Below the pieces are notes generated by a model. That model saw nothing but the letters and a program-made list of their open reading frames with translations, made no database searches and was not told where the DNA came from. From IMG/VR virus record IMGVR_UViG_3300025609_000026: 14,196 nt of DNA. One strand, written 5' to 3'. Both the position numbers and the translations under genes were made by a program. The stretch is from a virus. Below, piece after piece: positions 14,057 through 14,196 of this stretch. Numbering within the stretch: the stretch's first letter is position 1; each line of letters starts with the position of its first letter.

Positions 14057-14196
14057 TATATCACCTTCCCATTACTTCCTTGGTTAAACTCAATATTATA
14101 TTCCTCTTGGCTAATAAATAGATCATATTTAGGGTAGTACTCAAATAGGCAGCTATAATTACTTATACCGTTCCTATTCTTTAAACATACTAATTC
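14056..14196 (-). CDS. C-terminal 46 codons plus stop of the same primase-helicase gene, seen in the duplicate copy of the junction.
   Basis: The frame continues ...YNIEFNQGSNGKVI then TAA at 14058-14056. The stop overlaps the next ATG (14056) as TAATG. Confidence 0.85.
   Translation of the reverse strand, partial: ELVCLKNRNGISNYSCLFEYYPKYDLFISQEEYNIEFNQGSNGKVI
14070..14196. repeat. Terminal direct repeat, copy B (identical to 1-127).
   Basis: Same comparison as copy A. The unit length of the circle is 14,069 bp. Confidence 0.97.

Noticed and set aside
1176-14087. The twelve plus-strand ORFs in the track: 1176-1358, 3591-3833, 4063-4254, 6328-6549, 8138-8350, 8579-8836, 9786-10127, 10992-11321, 12040-12288, 12282-12467, 12714-13016 and 13812-14087.
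   Set aside because: Eleven lie antisense to well-supported minus-strand genes. The exception, 6328-6549, is intergenic and overlaps only the speculative mini-ORF, its leader and a terminator. All of the products are Leu/Phe/Ser/Ile-rich low-complexity sequences typical of shadow frames in AT-rich DNA. I saw no SD or promoter support for them, and at least two begin at TTG (3591, 6328).
1-14196. Searched for tRNA/tmRNA genes, an integrase or att sites, IS elements, lysis genes and tail genes.
   Set aside because: There is no cloverleaf-like sequence in the intergenic tracts. No ORF has tyrosine or serine recombinase, transposase, holin/endolysin or tail-protein character. The only long repeat is the 127-bp closure overlap. 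These absences are by eye and should be confirmed with profile searches.

Overview
The window is a complete, circularly closed replicon of about 14,069 bp. Bases 1-127 recur exactly at 14070-14196, so the linear window is a permuted circle. It is AT-rich with strong GGAGG-type ribosome-binding sites, which looks Firmicutes-like. Every credible gene is on the minus strand, and all plus-strand ORFs in the track look like antisense shadows.

The ORF track misses the largest replication gene. This is a 640-codon primase-helicase fusion (zinc finger, TOPRIM, DnaB-like domain) that starts at 1909, runs off the left edge and finishes at 14056 in the right-hand repeat copy.

Gene content falls into two blocks.

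(a) A plasmid-style maintenance and replication block:
- a ParA ATPase and a ribbon-helix-helix (RHH) partner
- an excisionase/AlpA-like helix-turn-helix (HTH) protein
- a 471-aa putative initiator, followed by four 22-bp iterons and an AT-rich tract
- the primase-helicase

(b) An HK97-type head and packaging block only:
- a cold-shock-domain protein, portal, prohead protease and major capsid protein
- a gp6-like connector and an HNH endonuclease
- TerS and TerL
- a head-closure/adaptor protein

I see no tail, lysis, integrase or lysogeny-repressor genes. The most interesting reading is a tail-less, capsid-forming phage satellite (cf-PICI-like) that is maintained as a partitioned plasmid rather than integrated.

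Other points worth a second look:
- an in-frame TAA splits TerL upstream of its conserved C-terminal nuclease segment
- a TGTTTACA / TATTACTATT motif family recurs in all four major intergenic regions
- a 27-codon hydrophobic mini-ORF sits between a structured leader and a strong terminator
- a GC-rich candidate cos region lies between HNH and TerS
- two plus-strand promoter-plus-terminator units contain no ORF
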